From positions 1 through 27,916 of IMG/VR virus record IMGVR_UViG_3300025102_000210: DNA of 27,916 bases; one strand, given 5' to 3'. A program made the translations under genes and the position numbers. The DNA is from a virus (lineage: Duplodnaviria; Caudoviricetes). Positions 25,401 through 27,916 of this stretch are shown here, one piece after another. Positions within the stretch are counted from its first letter, which is position 1. The number at the start of each line of letters is the position of its first letter. Below the pieces are notes generated by a model. It worked only from the letters and a program-made list of their open reading frames with translations, was not told the DNA's origin and made no database searches.

Positions 25401-25578
25401 CCATCTCTACAAATTCTGGAGAGATCTGCGTCTTTGTGTGAGCAATGTCGCCGCAGTGAACAATGCAATCTACATCTTGCTCTCGCAAGACTTTATACAT
25501 CTGCTCAAAGCAGGCGCGGTAGTCTTCGTGATACTTCAGATTCTTAATGTGAGTATCAGCAATGTGAGCTATTTTCAA
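22468..25578 (-). CDS. Mre11-Rad50 (SbcD-SbcC, gp47-gp46-like) fusion nuclease/ATPase, about 1036 aa
   Basis: Phosphoesterase motifs ADTH, GDIAH, GNHD, YHG, GDIH; Walker A GKNFSGKSS; coiled coil; signature ASGAE; Walker B ILDEP; D-loop ALD; ISH. Start moved to TTG 25578 (SD AGGAGG; TTGA overlap with the upstream stop). Confidence 0.93.
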   Translation of the reverse strand: MKIAHIADTHIKNLKYHEDYRACFEQMYKVLREQDVDCIVHCGDIAHTKTQISPEFVEMASDFFSNLADIATTFIILGNHDGNLKNSNRQDAITPIVQAIDSPNIRLLKNSGETPIANSSITLNVLSVFDRDNWIQPTDPDKVNIALYHGAISNCQTDAGWTMVHGEDEVSIFESFDYAMLGDIHKRQFLDDEKRVYYPGSTIQQNHGESNDKGFSIWTIDGKNDWDIEHFTLQNPRPFITLELTRTGKVPRSASVPANARLRIVSDNNLSLDVMRKAVDVARHKFGPESISFLNRSAGKRGNVEEIADGLGAQNLRDPEIQQELISEYLKDYQIKPAALTAIYKLNSKYNQEVEAKEDVSRNVNWELINFEWSNLFNYGESNSVDFRNINGITGIFGKNFSGKSSIIDAILFTIFGTTSKNERKNVNVVNQNRNCGEGTATIAIGDKSYTIHRKVEKYEKKSRGEVTIEAKTYLDFSVYDKILNEATSLNGTTRNQTDANIRKHFGTIDDFLISSMSSQHGALAFINEGSTKRKEIIAKFLDLQFFDKKFKLAKGDAQDSKALIKKLQGRDYNKEIQEAMDAVAEHKAEILKSETNNLKLQKKLTFVNDHIHGLANKISNIPTDVIDIHEVQSEIKKTKNKIISLSDSIIDDGNALHRERARFVKISNLLQTLDYETLTGSLVSIEEAERNLQAHTQKLEVASDKKKLLEDIPCGTAYPACKFIRDAHVATAIIPETESKIDELQNTLSSLNPQIVRDHLDKYHKLERKQNETESLIKDLQLGIERRKSALDRHNTLIEELAQKQASYNDNKEAIENLEKLLKEKEVYAQQAKFIEEQAKSSSQKKIDLYKSLGSEEQRIEDLEERRLEFETIQAEYSSYDLFLRCMHPNGIAYDIIKQKLPVINEEIVKILSNVVDFEIFFETTGNKFEIFIKHPKHEARPIEMASGAEKTMAAMAIRLALLSVSSLPKSDLFILDEPGTALDEENMAGFIRILELIKVYFKNVLLISHLDSLKDCVDMQIVIEKNNGYAKVNQ

Positions 25579-25784
25579 GGTGCCTCCTGCTCGCAAGTTT
25601 CCCAAGGTGTGGCACCAGGGTGCTGTTCTGCAAATGCAGCGGACAATTCTTCAATGCTCAAGGTTTGTTCTGGCAAGTCGGGTCGAACGAAGTGTGTATG
25701 CACAAGCAGCATCGTCACATAGCCAAGAAAGTAAAACCCGATGAAAACAGCGAGAGCGAAGCACGCCTTAAGTACATTTGTCAT
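25575..25784 (-). CDS. Small membrane protein, about 69 aa
   Basis: GGAGG at 25794-25790 precedes MTNVLKACFALAVFIGFYFLGYVTMLLV, so the start is shorter than in the ORF track. Confidence 0.65.
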   Translation of the reverse strand: MTNVLKACFALAVFIGFYFLGYVTMLLVHTHFVRPDLPEQTLSIEELSAAFAEQHPGATPWETCEQEAP

Positions 25785-25797
25785 CATTACCTCCAGT

Positions 25798-25890
25798 TTA
25801 GAAACAAAAATTATAGAGAGCAATGCCCACAAGCCAGCCAGCGTACATAACGATGCCGTCTGCCAAAGCGTTAAAACAAAACTTGAGCAT
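25798..25890 (-). CDS. Small hydrophobic peptide MLKFCFNALADGIVMYAGWLVGIALYNFCF (30 aa)
   Basis: AGGAGG 5 nt before ATG 25890; first ORF after the sigma70 promoter; not in the ORF track. Confidence 0.65.
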   Translation of the reverse strand: MLKFCFNALADGIVMYAGWLVGIALYNFCF

Positions 25891-25909
25891 TGATGCCTCC
25901 TATGTTTGT

Positions 25910-25938
25910 AACATAACACAGGCAGGGCATTTTGTCAA
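25910..25938 (-). promoter_or_regulatory. Sigma70-type promoter
   Basis: TTGACA (25938-25933), 17-nt spacer ending TGT (extended -10 TGn), then TATGTT (25915-25910). Confidence 0.8.
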
Positions 25939-25942
25939 GTGG

Positions 25943-26806
25943 CTATAGGCGACCCTTGCTCTTTCTTTTGTTCAAAAGCCCGTAAGCAACAGACCATTCA
26001 AGGGGCAGCATGGCATAAGAAGAGTCCTCTTGGAAACCCTGAAAGAGTTTGACATTGTCATAAGCCCAGAAGCCTGACGAGCCTTTCTTGCCTTGCCCCA
26101 TGACGAGATCCTCTAATCTTTGGTCGCCGCCGGCGCCGCTTAAAAATGTCGCCCTCAATAGGGTTTCGTAGTCTTTCTTTGAGATGCCCATAAAAGGCAT
26201 GATTTCATCATCTGGAATCGAAGAAGCAGGGACATAAGCAAAACCCTTCAAAGGTCCTTTTCTTACATCTCCACCAATAAAGATTCCGCGACCGGGAGAA
26301 ATGGGAGCAGCCTCTATGGACTGCATGTAGTCTCTAACAATTCGCTTAATTGCCGCGTCTACTTGTTCTGGGGTTGAAGCGGAACCGCTCTCAGTTTCAG
26401 CAGACGCCATTTGCATAAAGTTTTGAACATCTCGCGACTTCTGAGAAGCGGCGTCTACCGAAGATGCTATTCTTCGAGCATCAGCAGCCGACGCAGAACT
26501 AAGAGCCTCATAGTCAAAGCCACCTTGAGTTAGAAATCCACCCAACATTCCAGCCAAAAATAGAATTCCAATTCTTTTAGTTCTAGGCATCGTGTTAAGT
26601 GTTTCTGGGTTTTTTCCTATTTCGTCCAATTCATCTTGAACTTCTTCGTCACTTTTGTTCGGAAAGAATTTGCTTTTTAGATTCTTTACAGCATCGAGAA
26701 CACCCTCTTCAAGAATTTGGTTGGCGGTGCTTTCAATCAAAAGGTCTGCTTGAAGCTCTTCAAGAATAATTTGCCTTACTTTTTGTCTTGCAAAGGTGTG
26801 CTTCAT
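25943..26806 (-). CDS. Leader-family protein with a hydrophobic segment, 287 aa
   Basis: MKHTFARQKVRQIILEEL leader, ILEEGVLD motif, hydrophobic IGILFLAGMLGGFL; preceded by the ACTATTTAT motif. Confidence 0.75.
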   Translation of the reverse strand: MKHTFARQKVRQIILEELQADLLIESTANQILEEGVLDAVKNLKSKFFPNKSDEEVQDELDEIGKNPETLNTMPRTKRIGILFLAGMLGGFLTQGGFDYEALSSASAADARRIASSVDAASQKSRDVQNFMQMASAETESGSASTPEQVDAAIKRIVRDYMQSIEAAPISPGRGIFIGGDVRKGPLKGFAYVPASSIPDDEIMPFMGISKKDYETLLRATFLSGAGGDQRLEDLVMGQGKKGSSGFWAYDNVKLFQGFQEDSSYAMLPLEWSVAYGLLNKRKSKGRL

Positions 26807-26831
26807 TGGTGGTGTCCTCGTAAACTTGCAA

Positions 26832-26839
26832 TAAATAGT
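26832..26839 (-). promoter_or_regulatory. Putative late-promoter motif ACTATTTA(T)
   Basis: + strand ATAAATAGT about 25 nt upstream of the ATG at 26806. Confidence 0.6.
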
Positions 26840-27319
26840 TTACTTATCTTTAAGATTAAGAAACTTTCTATACTTGTCTGGCAACTTATCGTAGTAATTT
26901 GTCTTCTTAAGGGCACGGTGTGCTTTTGACAAGATTTTCTTGTCTGCTATGTTCACCATGAAATGTGGCGATAAAGAGCGCGGGTTGTATCCGTCAATGT
27001 CTACATCATCATTTGGGTTGAAGCAAATGTTTTTGTAATCTTTGAGACCTCTTTGTCTTAGTAACCTGTTAACAAAGTGTTGGAATTTTTTTGTTTGTTC
27101 TGCTGGTATATCTTTTTTGATTATAAAGAGGGCACTTTCATAGTCCGAAGTGGCGAGTTCATCAATAAGTTCTAGCAGGCTTTTGTCACCAACTTCGGCA
27201 ACCATAAGCCTATTTGCTTTAAGCTCAGGTGCTGCAAAAGGGCACACAGCTTTGCCGCCAAACTCTTGGCGGCGTTCATCTAAAACATTGTTAATGTAGT
27301 TTTTAACATCTTCACTCAC
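26840..27319 (-). CDS. Hypothetical protein, 159 aa (weak DUF1415-like CPFA motif)
   Basis: GTG start with SD AGGAGGT; VCPFA and F.P.D.......R..P motifs. Confidence 0.65.
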   Translation of the reverse strand: MSEDVKNYINNVLDERRQEFGGKAVCPFAAPELKANRLMVAEVGDKSLLELIDELATSDYESALFIIKKDIPAEQTKKFQHFVNRLLRQRGLKDYKNICFNPNDDVDIDGYNPRSLSPHFMVNIADKKILSKAHRALKKTNYYDKLPDKYRKFLNLKDK

Positions 27320-27327
27320 GTTACCTC

Positions 27328-27916
27328 CTAAACTGCTGACAGTAAGTCAAGCAGGACGTAATTGTCTCTGTCAATGGGCGTTGCAATTGATTTTCGTTCC
27401 TCGAAGACACTTGATGGCATCTCGCCCACGTCATCATAGCCGCTCACATCGATCTTGTAGAGTTCCACATCGTAGCGCAAAAGCGTCTGAATGATGCGGC
27501 GTTCTTTGTTAGCCGCGTCAGGATCGAGGGCGATGTAGCACGGGGTGTCATTTCGTACAATCTTTCGTAGTAGGTCGGAGTCGGTGCGTAATGTAGACCC
27601 CAAGATAGGCACAGCGTTTCCTGCGTTAATTGCATCAAATACTCCTTCGACAATTACAAGGTCGTCGTTCCAATTGGTAAATAGATCATTAAACACCACG
27701 TTCTTAGATGATCGTGGATTTTTGTATTTCATTCCATGCCCGACGTAAGAACGCGCAATAAAGTAGTTGGGGTAACCTGACATGCCAAATGAGGGCACAA
27801 TGATTCTGCCCCCGTACTCGCCATCATAGCAAAAGCCGATCTTCCATCGTTGTATGTCCGACCTTGTTATTCCACGCTCTGCAAGATAACGTAGGGCACG
27901 ATTTGCAGAGAGGGGC
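27328..27916 (-). CDS. DNA primase (DnaG/TOPRIM type), 5'-truncated by the window edge
   Basis: Frame stays open to the edge: ...ALRYLAERGI...WKIGFC...GRIIVP...ARS...KYKNP...IVEGVFDAI...ALDPDA...DVGEM. Confidence 0.9.
   Translation of the reverse strand, partial: PLSANRALRYLAERGITRSDIQRWKIGFCYDGEYGGRIIVPSFGMSGYPNYFIARSYVGHGMKYKNPRSSKNVVFNDLFTNWNDDLVIVEGVFDAINAGNAVPILGSTLRTDSDLLRKIVRNDTPCYIALDPDAANKERRIIQTLLRYDVELYKIDVSGYDDVGEMPSSVFEERKSIATPIDRDNYVLLDLLSAV

Noticed and set aside
384-27748. All + strand ORFs and the short alternative-frame minus ORFs in the track
   Set aside because: They lie antisense to, or inside, well-supported genes, show no recognisable motifs, and mostly mirror codon bias or repeats of the real genes.
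1-27916. Stop-codon reassignment as seen in some large phages
   Set aside because: Core genes are full length in code 11, and TAA, TAG and TGA all end genes at tight junctions.
1-27916. tRNA, rRNA, integrase or transposase genes
   Set aside because: Intergenic gaps are short and I saw no cloverleaf or recombinase motifs.

Overview
A gene-dense fragment of a large T4-like (gp17/gp20/gp21-type) dsDNA bacteriophage. All credible genes are on the minus strand and read in genetic code 11. In transcription order (right to left) it holds: a partial DnaG-type primase; a sigma70-type promoter ahead of two small membrane proteins and a single-chain Mre11-Rad50 (SbcD-SbcC) fusion; a tubulin/FtsZ-family GTPase among small genes that share an N-terminal MKITKxxLKQIIKEE leader; a putative holin/spanin-like trio; large terminase; portal; prohead protease; ribosomal protein bS21; a cluster of Ser-rich fibre-like proteins with a shared C-terminal domain, interrupted by a DUF2827-like glycosyltransferase; and the start of a probable scaffold protein. 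The main candidates for undescribed biology are (i) a leader-tagged, cassette-like family of probable capsid-cargo proteins with recurring protease-type sites, (ii) a possible fibre glycosylation module, (iii) a recurring (A)CTATTTA(T) upstream motif resembling the T4 late promoter in reverse orientation, and (iv) small ORFs missed by the ORF track. Family assignments come from motifs recognised by eye; no database searches were run.
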